Assembly: GCA_947385945.1 (NCBI GenBank)
Contig: CANDMY010000006.1
Span: 1-64,000, forward strand
Direction: 5' to 3'
From: an uncultured Clostridia bacterium
GTDB lineage: Bacteria; Bacillota; Clostridia; Lachnospirales; Lachnospiraceae
DNA: 64,000 nt
Below, piece after piece: positions 27,721 to 36,962 of the stretch (position 1 is its first letter; every line of letters begins with the position of its first letter). The translations under genes and the position numbers were made by a program. The notes below the pieces were generated by a model. The model saw only the letters and a list, made by a program, of their open reading frames with translations, was not told the origin of the DNA and did not search any database.

Positions 27721-28443
27721 TTATTCTGAGGCAGCGGAATCCGAATGATAACTATAACTATTACTCTCGCCTTCTCCACGCACGGTTAAATCTAAAGTAG
27801 TAATCGTGCCTTCATATTCTGCCGGTATTTGGAAAATTAAAACCGCCTGTTTCGTTTCATTTGCTGCAAATACTTCCTTAAAAGAAGCCAAATCATCCAG
27901 TAACATGGTAAGCTGTGCCCCAAATCGTTCCGTATCATTTACCCGACACCGGTAAGTTCTCTCTTTGGATAAAATATCGCACTCTTTTTCCTCTCCCGTC
28001 CGATTGGTAATATCAAACTTCATAACCAGCAGCCGTTTATTCTGCGTTGCCCTCATTGCAAAATAAGCATCTCCTGTATTCGGATATGTATTCGTCACTT
28101 CATACCCGGCATATTCTACCTCAAATCCTTCCGCTGCAATCCCTACCGCTTCCGAAAGATTCTTTGCCGGTGCCTCCGTAGAAACAGGAAGATTCGGCGA
28201 TATCTGCCCGCCCTGTCCGTTTTGTGATATATCTGCCGGAGCAGTTGGTGTAATATAAATATTCGGAATAGTCTCTATTACTTCGTCCTGCAATTTAGGC
28301 TGATAGGTATTTGAATATTTTAATAATACAGTTGCTGCATACTCTGCTATTAGATCACTTTCACTATCTGTCAATTCCACTGCTCCGCAGCCTGTTAAAA
28401 GTATCGTTGCTGCACATAACACAGTACATAGTCTCTTTTTCAT
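27721..28443 (-). CDS. Putative lipoprotein
   Basis: Signal peptide with lipobox 'LLTGCGA'. Otherwise no recognised domain. Confidence 0.6.
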   Translation of the reverse strand: MKKRLCTVLCAATILLTGCGAVELTDSESDLIAEYAATVLLKYSNTYQPKLQDEVIETIPNIYITPTAPADISQNGQGGQISPNLPVSTEAPAKNLSEAVGIAAEGFEVEYAGYEVTNTYPNTGDAYFAMRATQNKRLLVMKFDITNRTGEEKECDILSKERTYRCRVNDTERFGAQLTMLLDDLASFKEVFAANETKQAVLIFQIPAEYEGTITTLDLTVRGEGESNSYSYHSDSAASE

Positions 28444-28663
28444 CCTTCTTACCTCTCACTCTATTCATAAAATTTACAAAAAATTCCCGTCCTGCTTTCC
28501 TCTCTTCTCCTAATATATCACGAAATCTGCATTTTCACAACCTGATTTTACATTTTCACAATGCAAATTTCCTTTTTCAACCTAACAATACCCATTCCCA
28601 AGCAGCTCCATCTCGCCTTTTATTCTTTTTATCAATAAAAATACAGGAAAAAACAGCCAGAGT

Positions 28664-28916
28664 TGGGAAGCGATTCTTTTTTGCTGTGACTTCGGAGAAA
28701 AGTTAGAACGTCTTATGCCTCTGTCGATCCACTAGGATTTTTTGCCATTTCCAAATGGCAAAAAAAGGCACGTGTTTAGCCTCCTGCAGAGGCGAATTGC
28801 GTGCCGATCCGTCCGGTTAGATGCACCTAAACTCAGAGGCATTAGCCGTTCTTACTTTTCGGAGAGCGGAACAGCAAAAAAGAATCGCTTCCAAACTCTA
28901 GCGTCCCCCTCCCCCC
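28664..28916 (+). repeat. F1 structured repeat, copy E (divergent core with compensatory changes)
   Basis: Core helix 'ggggtgtg..cgaattgcacccc' becomes 'ggcacgtg..cgaattgcgtgcc'. Helix 'gcccgctgcacgggc' becomes 'gcctcctgcagaggc'. Central hairpin 'gccattcccgaatggc' becomes 'gccatttccaaatggc'. Pairing is preserved in all three. Confidence 0.85.
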
Positions 28917-28941
28917 ATTTCCCTACAAAACCCCCATTTCC

Positions 28942-30456
28942 CTACAAAACCCCCGTATCACTATCCACCTCAAACCAAAATTCCACCCCATTTTCCAAAT
29001 TTCGAACCCCATATTCTTTATGATGAGCTTCCATAATTGCCTTTACAATCGACAGCCCAATCCCGCTCCCTCCATACTCTCTTGTCCGTGCCTTATCCAC
29101 CTTATAAAACTTAATCCAAACCTTCCCCAACTCCTCCTCTGGAATCGGATTCCCTGTATTAAAAACAGACACCCTTACCGTATGCTCATTTTTTGTCAAA
29201 GAAACAACGATCTGCTTCTCTCCGCCTGCATAGTGAATCGCATTACTAATATAATTCGTAACCACTTCCTCTAACTGATACTCATCTCCCCATACAAAAA
29301 CCGGCTCCCGCTGCTCGAATAAAACCGTAATCTTGTCCTGCCTGCATAAAATTTCAACCGACTGAATCACACCCAAAATCAATGCCGTCAAATCAAACCG
29401 CTCCATCGTAATCTGTTCCTGTCCAAATTCTAACTGATTTAAAGTCAGCAGTTTCTTTACCATTTTATTCATTTTATCTGCTTCATCTATAATTACTTCA
29501 CAGTAAAACTCCCTGCTTTCTGCATCCTCATTAATCCCTTCTGCAAGCCCCTCCGCATATCCCTGAATCAATGCAATCGGCGTTTTTAATTCATGAGATA
29601 CATTCGATAAAAATTCCTTCCTTATCTCCTCCATCTGAATCTTCTGCTCAATATCCTTTTGCAGTTCATTATTTGCCGACTTTAATTCAGAAATCGTATG
29701 CTCTAACTTTTTGGAAAGTTCATTCATACTCTGCCCTAACACACCGATTTCATCTTTATCGTGCCGCTCATACTTTGCCTCAAAATCTAAATTAGACATT
29801 TTCCCCGATAATTCTGCCAATTCCAACAAAGGTCTAGTCAAACGCCTAGTAATCGTAATCGAAATCATAATAGCTAAAATACTGACAATTCCTCCCACAT
29901 AGGCAACAAAACGATTGGAAATCTCTACACTTTCCTTTATACTTTCCACCGGAATACGAAGCAGCATATATTCTCTGGTATTAGGCTCCACCCCGAATAA
30001 TTCCAAAAAATTAGTCGAATAGCGACTATCTTTATTTCGAAAAATACTATAATCCTCTTCCCTTTTTAAAGTCACCGCACTATTCTCAATTCCAAATAAA
30101 TAAGGCATTACCAAATCCTGCAGGGTCTGTACATTGTGCACATTATAATAGACTGGTTTTAACATTCCTGTATTGGCATCCAAAATAATAAATGTAATAT
30201 TGGATTTTTGGCACAACCCCTCTAACTCCAATGCTACCTCATCCGCCTTTTTATTACTCTGTACCAATTCACACATACTCACATAAGCATTTTCCAATTT
30301 TGTCTGTTTACTAATTAAATAATAATCTTCTAAAAATCGATTATTAATCAATAAAAGCAAAAAAACTGTACCAAAAGTCGCAAATAACATTAATGCTATT
30401 ATTTTGGTTCGAATAGAATATTGTATTTTCCCTACTAAACCTGCTATTTTACTCAT
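28942..30456 (-). CDS. Sensor histidine kinase (TM, HAMP, HisKA, HATPase_c)
   Basis: H-box 'SHELKTP'. N, G1 and G2 boxes 'GGSGIGLSIVKAI'. Two TM helices flank an extracytoplasmic domain. Confidence 0.85.
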   Translation of the reverse strand: MSKIAGLVGKIQYSIRTKIIALMLFATFGTVFLLLLINNRFLEDYYLISKQTKLENAYVSMCELVQSNKKADEVALELEGLCQKSNITFIILDANTGMLKPVYYNVHNVQTLQDLVMPYLFGIENSAVTLKREEDYSIFRNKDSRYSTNFLELFGVEPNTREYMLLRIPVESIKESVEISNRFVAYVGGIVSILAIMISITITRRLTRPLLELAELSGKMSNLDFEAKYERHDKDEIGVLGQSMNELSKKLEHTISELKSANNELQKDIEQKIQMEEIRKEFLSNVSHELKTPIALIQGYAEGLAEGINEDAESREFYCEVIIDEADKMNKMVKKLLTLNQLEFGQEQITMERFDLTALILGVIQSVEILCRQDKITVLFEQREPVFVWGDEYQLEEVVTNYISNAIHYAGGEKQIVVSLTKNEHTVRVSVFNTGNPIPEEELGKVWIKFYKVDKARTREYGGSGIGLSIVKAIMEAHHKEYGVRNLENGVEFWFEVDSDTGVL

Positions 30457-30497
30457 CTCTTTCTCTAATACCTTTCTGCTTTTATCCCTCTGATTCC

Positions 30498-31178
30498 TTA
30501 TTTTCCCGGTTCAAATTTATATCCCATTCCCCATATGGTTTTAATATATTCCCCTTTTTCCCCCATTTTACTCCTTAATTTTTTTACATGTGTATCAATG
30601 GTTCTAGCATCCCCAAAATAATCATAATTCCAAACATGATTTAAAATCTTTTCCCGAGACAACGCCAGCCCCTGATTCTCAATAAAATACGTCAATAACT
30701 CAAACTCTTTAAAACTAAGTTCTACATCCTCTCCATCAATTGTAACTTTATGTGCAGCCTTATCCAGACGAATTCCTCCTATCTCAATCGCTTCATCCAT
30801 GCCAAGCACATTGGTACGGCGTAAAATAGCTTCTACTCTTGCCACTAAAATTTTAGGGCTAAACGGTTTTGAGATATATTCATCCACGCCCAATTCAAAT
30901 CCCAGCAGTTCGTCCCGCTCATCCCCCTTTGCTGTCAGCATAATAATCGGTACCTTTGAATGTTGTCTAATCTCTCTGCAGACTTGCCAGCCGTCCATCT
31001 TCGGCATCATAATATCCAATATTAAAAGTGCAATCTCTTTTTCCTGAAAAAAAATATCAATCGCTTCTTCTCCGTTCTCTGCTTCTAAAACCTCAAAATT
31101 CTTTTTCACCAAAAAATCCCGTACCAATTTTCTCATTCGGCTTTCATCGTCAATCACCAGAATTTTTAACTTTTCCAT
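30498..31178 (-). CDS. OmpR-family response regulator
   Basis: Receiver domain with 'LVIDDE' and a phospho-acceptor Asp context 'LLILDIMMP'. C-terminal winged-helix 'TIWGMGYKF'. Confidence 0.9.
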   Translation of the reverse strand: MEKLKILVIDDESRMRKLVRDFLVKKNFEVLEAENGEEAIDIFFQEKEIALLILDIMMPKMDGWQVCREIRQHSKVPIIMLTAKGDERDELLGFELGVDEYISKPFSPKILVARVEAILRRTNVLGMDEAIEIGGIRLDKAAHKVTIDGEDVELSFKEFELLTYFIENQGLALSREKILNHVWNYDYFGDARTIDTHVKKLRSKMGEKGEYIKTIWGMGYKFEPGK

Positions 31179-31248
31179 TTTATTCCTTCTTTCTTTTCGT
31201 TCTAATCTCTGGATCTTTTTCTATTTTAAAAATTATCATAAAGTTATG

Positions 31249-31863
31249 TTAATTTTGTGAATCTTTCCCGAAAAGTTCCTTTTCTTTTGCCTTTAATTCT
31301 TTTTCCCTTTCTTTTAATTCTGCTTCTTTCTGCTGTAAATCTTTTTCCCATGATATATATTTATTAATCAGTGTATTCTCATAATTTAATATATTGACAT
31401 GATTACTATTTAGTGTAATATAAGCCATAATCAATATAGCAGCAATCAACAAAATATTTAAAATAAGGGCATGATAATATTTCTGCCGATAATAAAGACT
31501 TGTATTTTTTTTATTTTTCTGAGCAATTCGTTCTTCTTTTTCCGCTCTGTCCCTCTCTCTTACCCGCAGCCACTGTTCATCCTCTAACTGAAATCCATAT
31601 ATTCTCTGATTCTCGATCTCTTTTGCCTCTAACAACCGCTCTTTCCATTCCCTTAAAAATTTTGTCCCAACTTCTGTTTTCAATATATTGCGTTCTGCCA
31701 ATTTATTATATACAGCAAGTGCAACCTCCATATTTTCCATATCATTTTGCGACAAAATATACTGTATCCCTTCCCACTCTTTTTTTGCCTTTTTCGCTTC
31801 CACCGGATCTCTGTAAGTAATCCCGTAAATGGTTTCTCCTTTAGCCATACCGCTTTTCTCCAT
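31249..31863 (-). CDS. Hypothetical membrane protein (single TM, coiled-coil C-terminus)
   Basis: ORF with a central hydrophobic helix 'ALILNILLIAAILIMAYITL'. No recognised domain. Confidence 0.5.
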   Translation of the reverse strand: MEKSGMAKGETIYGITYRDPVEAKKAKKEWEGIQYILSQNDMENMEVALAVYNKLAERNILKTEVGTKFLREWKERLLEAKEIENQRIYGFQLEDEQWLRVRERDRAEKEERIAQKNKKNTSLYYRQKYYHALILNILLIAAILIMAYITLNSNHVNILNYENTLINKYISWEKDLQQKEAELKEREKELKAKEKELFGKDSQN

Positions 31864-31873
31864 TTCTTTTAGT

Positions 31874-32036
31874 CAAAGGAAATAAGGAAATTCGGAATCT
31901 GCTCCTTCCTCATAATCCTATGCTGCTATCGCTGCTTGTCAGATGGAACTTGCCCCCAACTGACACAAGGAAGTCCCCCAACCCACCGCTTTCGCCTTCA
32001 CGGCTTAGAAGCAGAGGACCTCCTTGATAGGTTAAA
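31874..32036 (+). repeat. F3 structured repeat, copy 3 (diverged)
   Basis: Shares F3 hairpins 'gctgctatcgctgc' and 'aagtccccc..', and the 3' end 'ccttgataggttaaaa'. Confidence 0.75.
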
Positions 32037-32085
32037 AAACACAAAAGCCCCGGATCTCTCCGGGACTTACTCTGCCGCAAAATCA

Positions 32086-32547
32086 TTAAAAATCAACACG
32101 TCCTGCATTTTTGCCGTTGATCACATAATATACAGCGGCTTCTTCTGGCTTAATATAAATATCTAACTTTTTAATCGATCCGGCACGATGTCCTTCTGAT
32201 TCCCAAGCCTTCTTTACTCTATCTTCAATATCTACTATATTGACTTCTTTATTTGCATATTGAATATAAATCTGTTTTTCCTGACCGTTCTCTTTCTTAA
32301 CAGCTTCCTTCTTTGCAGCCCCTCTTTTCCCTGCTGCTTCTGTTTCTTTCTTTGCTGTTCCTCTCTTTGCCCTTGGTTTTCTCTGCTTTAGAACGGATGT
32401 CTCTCCGTCATTTTCCATAAACAACTCATCCAAAGAAGCCTCTTCCAATTTTGCTTCTGCCGGCTTACTTTCCACTGCTTCCGGCATCACTGCTGATTGA
32501 GTCTTTTCTGCGATTTCATTTTCTGTTCCTTTTTTCCTTCTTGGCAT
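32086..32547 (-). CDS. Hypothetical protein (Lys/Ala/Glu-rich N-terminus, conserved C-terminal about 60 aa)
   Basis: ORF with an RBS-compatible start. No recognised domain. Confidence 0.45.
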   Translation of the reverse strand: MPRRKKGTENEIAEKTQSAVMPEAVESKPAEAKLEEASLDELFMENDGETSVLKQRKPRAKRGTAKKETEAAGKRGAAKKEAVKKENGQEKQIYIQYANKEVNIVDIEDRVKKAWESEGHRAGSIKKLDIYIKPEEAAVYYVINGKNAGRVDF

Positions 32548-32566
32548 ATATATCCCTCCTTCACAA

Positions 32567-32815
32567 TTAACAATCTAAATATGCTGCCATACTCTCCATT
32601 GCCGCATCTTCATCTGCACCATCTGCATATATTGTAACACTCATCCCTTTATGAAGTGTCAGTGCCATCATACCCATGATACTCTTGGCATTTACCTTAC
32701 GTGTTCCATTCTCCAAATAAATAGAGCTTTCATATTGACAAGCAATCTGCACTAGCTTTGCTACCGGATTTAATTCTTCTTCCGCAGGTGCACCAACCAA
32801 AACTGTCTTGCTTTC
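32567..32815 (-). CDS. HPr-like phosphocarrier protein lacking His15 (Crh-like; Ser46 context 'KSIMGMM' retained)
   Basis: HPr fold signature 'LVQIA..', 'GTRKVNAKSIMGMMAL' and 'IYADGADEDAA'. A GAGGAGGAG RBS precedes the ATG at 32815. The longer ORF-track N-terminus overlaps tRNA-Pro and is rejected. Confidence 0.7.
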   Translation of the reverse strand, partial: ESKTVLVGAPAEEELNPVAKLVQIACQYESSIYLENGTRKVNAKSIMGMMALTLHKGMSVTIYADGADEDAAMESMAAYLDC

Positions 32816-32982
32816 CATTCTATACTCCTCCTCTAATTGCATACCAATTCCTTTTTTTCTCTTTTTCGTTCCTTTCGGCACAAATAGCTTTTCGAATATA
32901 CTATATAACACAAACAACCATTTTGGCAAGCACTTTCGAAAAAAAAAATTAGCAGACGCGATCCGCATCTGCTTAAATTCAG

Positions 32983-33056
32983 TCGAGGTGACGTGATTCG
33001 AACACGCGACTTCTACGTCCCGAACGTAGCGCTCTACCAAACTGAGCCACACCTCG
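32983..33056 (-). tRNA. tRNA-Pro (anticodon CGG)
   Basis: Hand fold: acceptor CGAGGTG/CACCTCG, D-arm GCTC-AGTTTGGTA-GAGC, anticodon arm CTACG-TTCGGGA-CGTAG, T-arm GCGTG-TTCGAAT-CACGT, 74 nt. Confidence 0.8.
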
Positions 33057-33082
33057 AACATAACACGGTTACGTTTAACCGA

Positions 33083-33444
33083 TGGAGCTGAGGGGAATCG
33101 AACCCCTGTCCGAAGACTCCTCCATCAAAGCATCTCCCACCACAGTCCCTGTTTTATGCATAGCCTTTTTCTATACGGTTCCCTCTATCGGACACCCATG
33201 GACAGGTTTCCGGCTTTAGTAGCTTCATTTTTCTTTTATACCCTCAAAGCTTTGGATACAAAGTTCCTTACCTCCTTGATGCCGGATTCTTAAGCAGTAA
33301 GCTACCTAAGAGCGACAGCTGCTATTAAGCAGCGAACGCGTAATCTTCGTTTGCGTTTATATTTAATTTTCGGTTTACTAATGCGGTTCCGACCCGCAGG
33401 TGGCTTCTCCAACTTCATAATCCCCGTCGAAACCAGTACAACCC
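33083..33444 (-). ncRNA. ssrA: tmRNA (ssrA) with tag reading frame ANEDYAFAA** (+ coordinates 33325..33354)
   Basis: 5' end 'GGGGTTGTACTGGTTTCGACGGGGATT' and 3' tRNA-like end 'GGACAGGGGTTCGATTCCCCTCAGCTCCA' with a G3:U70 pair. Internal 'gca aac gaa gat tac gcg ttc gct gct taa tag'. About 362 nt. CCA is not encoded. Confidence 0.9.
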
Positions 33445-33700
33445 CGAATTTTTCAATTCTTTCAGTTGAATGGTTCTTACAGAACAATAGTTATTATACT
33501 GATAAAATAATCATTCGTCAAGTATTTTTTTTTATTTTTTAAAAAAAGTCCGATAAAACAAAAAACCTCTTTCCTGCTTTAACTGCCCTTTTCCTCCCAA
33601 TACTTATGTACGCAAAAAAAGACTGCTGCAAAACAATAAATAGTATTATGATTGCCCCTATATTCTGTAAAATTACTATATTTTGCAGCAGCCCCTTTTT

Positions 33701-34009
33701 CTATTTTTCCAATTTTTTCATCTCTAAAATAATTCGATCCAAATCTTCTAACGACTGCTTAATAGAACTATTTACCGCTGCTGAACTGCTTGCCAATTCC
33801 CCGACTTTTGTAGCAACAATCGCAAATCCTTTTCCGGCATCTCCGGCTCGTGCTGCTTCTATTGAAGCATTCAATGCTAAAATTTTTTGCTGACTTTCAA
33901 TTTTATCCAAATTTTTTGTCTTATCTAAAATTTCCCTAATACAATCGTCTGCCCGATCAATACAAGCCTTTAACTCCTCAAATTGAACTCCTGTTTCTTT
34001 CGTCTCCAT
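33701..34009 (-). CDS. Stand-alone mini-protein carrying a methyl-accepting chemotaxis protein signalling-domain core (102 aa)
   Basis: '[34 protein letters not shown]' matches the highly conserved MCP tip '[31 protein letters not shown]'. Confidence 0.55.
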   Translation of the reverse strand: METKETGVQFEELKACIDRADDCIREILDKTKNLDKIESQQKILALNASIEAARAGDAGKGFAIVATKVGELASSSAAVNSSIKQSLEDLDRIILEMKKLEK

Positions 34010-34050
34010 AGAATTATTCCTCGCCCTCTCTTCTCTTATTTTCTTTATCC

Positions 34051-34968
34051 TTATTTTAAAAACCCATTTACAATCTGTGCCTCAGCCTCACTCTCTGTTA
34101 GTCCAAGCGTCATTAACTTAATGATCTGTTCTCCAGCAATCTTTCCAATCGCCGCCTCATGAATCAGACTTGCCTCCAGATGATTTGCTGTAATTTCAGG
34201 AATTGCACTAATATTGGCACGATCCATAATAATAGCATCACATTCCGTATGTCCGTTACACTTATTATTCCCATTAATCTTTGAAAAAAAGATCTGTCTA
34301 GAATCATCTTTTGCCACTGCCCTAGAAATCACATTCGTTCCAGAACCTTCCCCATCCAAATCCACCTCAAAGGAAGTCTCTGCTACTTGTTTTCCATGTG
34401 TCATCAGCTTCTCTTTAATCACCAAAGTTGCATAGTCAGCCAGTTTTGCCTTAGTAGAACGCTTAGTAGAATCCACTCCCCGAATCTGAACGGTCTCCAT
34501 CTCCATATAACTGCCTTCTCCTAATTCCACAACCGTCTGCGGATTCATAATCCGTTCTCCTGTTCCTTCCCCGCTTCCATAATGCTTTTCCACATATCGC
34601 ACTTTTGCATTTTTCCCAACAAAAAAACTATGAATTCCATCATGCCGAGTTTCCTTTGCTCCACCATTATGAATTCCGCACCCTGCAACAATTGTAATAT
34701 CGCAGTCATCTCCTATGTAAAAATCATTATACACCATCTCTGTCAGTCCGCTCTGACTAAGCAGCACCGGAATATGCACACTCTCCTTTTTTGTTCCCGG
34801 CTTAATTCGAATATCAATCCCCTGTTTATCCTCTTTTGTTACAATATCAATATTGGCGGTCGTATTCCTCTCCGCACTGACACCATTTGCACGAATATTG
34901 TATGCTCCCTGCGGCACTTCATGAAGTCCTGCTACCTGTTCAAGCAAGGTCTTTTGAATCTCATCCAT
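34051..34968 (-). CDS. SufB/SufD-family Fe-S cluster assembly protein (short form, 305 aa)
   Basis: Beta-helix-type repeats typical of SufBD ('[13 protein letters not shown]', '[20 protein letters not shown]'). Immediately downstream of the sufC-like ATPase. Confidence 0.65.
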   Translation of the reverse strand: MDEIQKTLLEQVAGLHEVPQGAYNIRANGVSAERNTTANIDIVTKEDKQGIDIRIKPGTKKESVHIPVLLSQSGLTEMVYNDFYIGDDCDITIVAGCGIHNGGAKETRHDGIHSFFVGKNAKVRYVEKHYGSGEGTGERIMNPQTVVELGEGSYMEMETVQIRGVDSTKRSTKAKLADYATLVIKEKLMTHGKQVAETSFEVDLDGEGSGTNVISRAVAKDDSRQIFFSKINGNNKCNGHTECDAIIMDRANISAIPEITANHLEASLIHEAAIGKIAGEQIIKLMTLGLTESEAEAQIVNGFLK

Positions 34969-34970
34969 CT

Positions 34971-35705
34971 CTACACCTCCCTTTTCTGATAATACCTGCA
35001 GGAACTTGTACCAGATAGCAATTCCGGCAAAATCTCATCCTTCTTTCCAATTGCCTGAATGGATCCATTTGCAATCACCACAATCTCATCCGCAATATTC
35101 AAAATCCGCTCCTGATGAGAAATAATCATAATCGAACGTTTCTGTTCCTGATAAAGTCTTTCAAATACATCGATCAAATTACTAAAACTCCACAAATCAA
35201 TCCCCGCTTCCGGCTCATCAAACACAGAGAGTTTCGATGCCCGTGCCATCACAGTCGCTATCTCAATCCGCTTTAATTCCCCGCCGGAAAGACTGCCGTC
35301 CACTTCCCGATTAATATAATCCCTAGCACAAAGCCCCACCTCAGACAAATAATTACAAGCTCCGGCAACCGTCAGCTTCTTTTCTTTTCCTGCCGCCAGC
35401 ATAATCAGATCCTTTACTGTAACCCCCTTAAACCGCACCGGCTGCTGAAAAGCAAAACTAATTCCTGCCTTTGCCCGTTCTGTAATGGTCATCTCTGTAA
35501 TATCCACCCCATCAAATAAAATTCTTCCCATGGTTGGCTTTTCAATTCCGACAATTAACTTAGCAAGCGTTGATTTTCCTCCGCCATTCGGTCCGGTTAC
35601 AGCAATAAACTTTGTATTATCCACAGTTAAACTAATATTCCGTAAAATCTCTTTTTTCTGATTTTCTCCTTCCACTTCAAAGGAAACATTCTGTAATTCC
35701 AGCAT
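34971..35705 (-). CDS. sufC: Fe-S cluster assembly ATPase SufC
   Basis: Walker A 'GPNGGGKST', ABC signature 'LSGGELKR', Walker B 'LSVFDEPEAGID'. 244 aa, typical of SufC. Confidence 0.85.
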   Translation of the reverse strand: MLELQNVSFEVEGENQKKEILRNISLTVDNTKFIAVTGPNGGGKSTLAKLIVGIEKPTMGRILFDGVDITEMTITERAKAGISFAFQQPVRFKGVTVKDLIMLAAGKEKKLTVAGACNYLSEVGLCARDYINREVDGSLSGGELKRIEIATVMARASKLSVFDEPEAGIDLWSFSNLIDVFERLYQEQKRSIMIISHQERILNIADEIVVIANGSIQAIGKKDEILPELLSGTSSCRYYQKREV

Positions 35706-35829
35706 TTTTCTTTATCCCTTTATGCCTTTCTTCCCGATCATTCCACTCGGTAAATAATCCTATCATTTCCAAAATTTTCTATTCCATTTCCAAATGATAT
35801 ACTTATTATAGTTTTTCCTAGCAAAAAAG

Positions 35830-36051
35830 TCAACTATTCTCCTGAGATGCTTTTTCCTCTTGTGCTTTCTTTTTTCGATTCCGTGTCCCAAGAATTCCGC
35901 CGATACGTCCGGTTTCCCGTGCAGAAAGCGTTCCCCATCCCCCTTTCAGCACTTTATCTAACACCCCAATTTCCTCTGCAATTTCTAATTTCATCTCATC
36001 CTCTGGTGTTAAATTCTCTAAATCAATTTCTTTCTTTTTCTTAGTCGGCAT
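35830..36051 (-). CDS. Small acid-soluble spore protein, alpha/beta type
   Basis: 'MKLEIAEEIGV' and 'ARETGRIGGILGTR' match the conserved SASP blocks (KYEIAQEFGV; ANGSVGGEITKR). A GGAGGAG RBS precedes the ATG at 36051. Confidence 0.7.
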   Translation of the reverse strand: MPTKKKKEIDLENLTPEDEMKLEIAEEIGVLDKVLKGGWGTLSARETGRIGGILGTRNRKKKAQEEKASQENS

Positions 36052-36194
36052 TACTCTCTCCTCCAATACTCTAATTTTACCAAGAGTATTTCCCTAATTT
36101 TCAAGGCTTATTCAATTTCTAAAGAAAAGTTATCAGAAAAAAGGAAAACCACTTCAGCAATTATAAACCAGATATTGGTATTGTAGAACCGGAC

Positions 36195-36334
36195 GCAGGT
36201 AGCATAGAGAGATTCTTTGCTGGGGCCGTTTGCACTAAGGCTTCCTCGCAGCGGACACATAAGGCACGAAAAGACCGTGCCTAAGTGCCGGCGGGAAGCA
36301 ATACCCCTGCAAAGAATCTCTCTATGCTACCCGC
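36195..36334 (+). repeat. F2 structured repeat, copy 3. Closing stem is 'gcaggtagcatagagagattcttt / aaagaatctctctatgctacccgc'.
   Basis: Identical F2 core. Confidence 0.85.
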
Positions 36335-36336
36335 TG

Positions 36337-36545
36337 TTTCGTTCCCCCTAGAAATAATGCCTCATAAACATTTTTATTCTACCTGTTGGTTTATTCCTCC
36401 TGGAAACAATACCTCACAAACATTTTTACTCTGCCTATTAACTTGTTCCTCCTGGAAATGATACTTCACAAAAATATTTTATTCGGTCTGCTGGTTTATT
36501 CCTCCTAAAAACAACGCCCCGTAAAAATTCTCTACTCCGACTGTT
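36337..36545. repeat. Tandem repeat of about 3.5 copies of a roughly 60-bp unit ('...ttattcctcctggaaacaatacctcacaaacatttttactctgcctgttgg...')
   Basis: Direct reading. Degenerate periodicity of about 59-62 bp. Confidence 0.75.
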
Positions 36546-36546
36546 G

Positions 36547-36678
36547 GAATTCAAAAGAAATTTGTAATCCTATGCTGCTATCGCAGCTTGTCAAATAGGG
36601 CTTGTACCCCACCTGCCCCCAACCCACCGCTTTCGCCTTGGCGGCTTAGAAGCGGGGGACTTCCTTGATGAGGTTAAA
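36547..36678 (+). repeat. F3 structured repeat, copy 4
   Basis: Contains 'gctgctatcgcagc' and 'cgccttggcggcttagaagcgggggacttccttgatgaggttaaa'. Confidence 0.8.
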
Positions 36679-36750
36679 CTATCTAAAATCACACAAAAAC
36701 GGTTTTAATCAACCAAAATACTGCGACTGTTCCGGTTGGAATATACAGCT

Positions 36751-36884
36751 GACACCACTGGATGAATCTCTGCAGGGGTATTGCTTCCCGCCGGCACTTA
36801 GGCACGGTCTTTTCGTGCCTTATGTGTCCGCTGCGAGGAAGCCTTAGTGCAAACGGCCCCAGCAGAGATTCATCCAGTGGTGTC
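36751..36884 (-). repeat. F2 structured repeat, copy 4 (inverted relative to copy 3). It is followed by a twice-repeated 'gatgtcagcgtccccccaaca'.
   Basis: Reverse complement of the F2 core. Closing stem 'gacaccactggatgaatctct / agagattcatccagtggtgtc'. Confidence 0.85.
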
Positions 36885-36962
36885 AGCGTCCCCCCAACAG
36901 AAAATCACCCAATGATGTCAGCGTCCCCCCAACATATATTCGTTTAAATTCAAATCATTCGC

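Noticed and set aside
32816-33061. N-terminal extension of the HPr-like ORF, to a 164-aa product
   Set aside because: The extension runs through tRNA-Pro and has no RBS. The internal ATG at 32815 has a strong GAGGAGGAG RBS and gives an HPr-sized 82-aa protein.
33302-33487. 61-aa ORF on the minus strand, and a 63-aa plus-strand ORF at 33351-33542
   Set aside because: Both lie entirely within the tmRNA gene. They are spurious.
36337-36545. Possible CRISPR array
   Set aside because: The repeats are contiguous degenerate copies of about 60 bp, with no unique spacers. There is no short palindromic repeat unit and no cas genes in the window.
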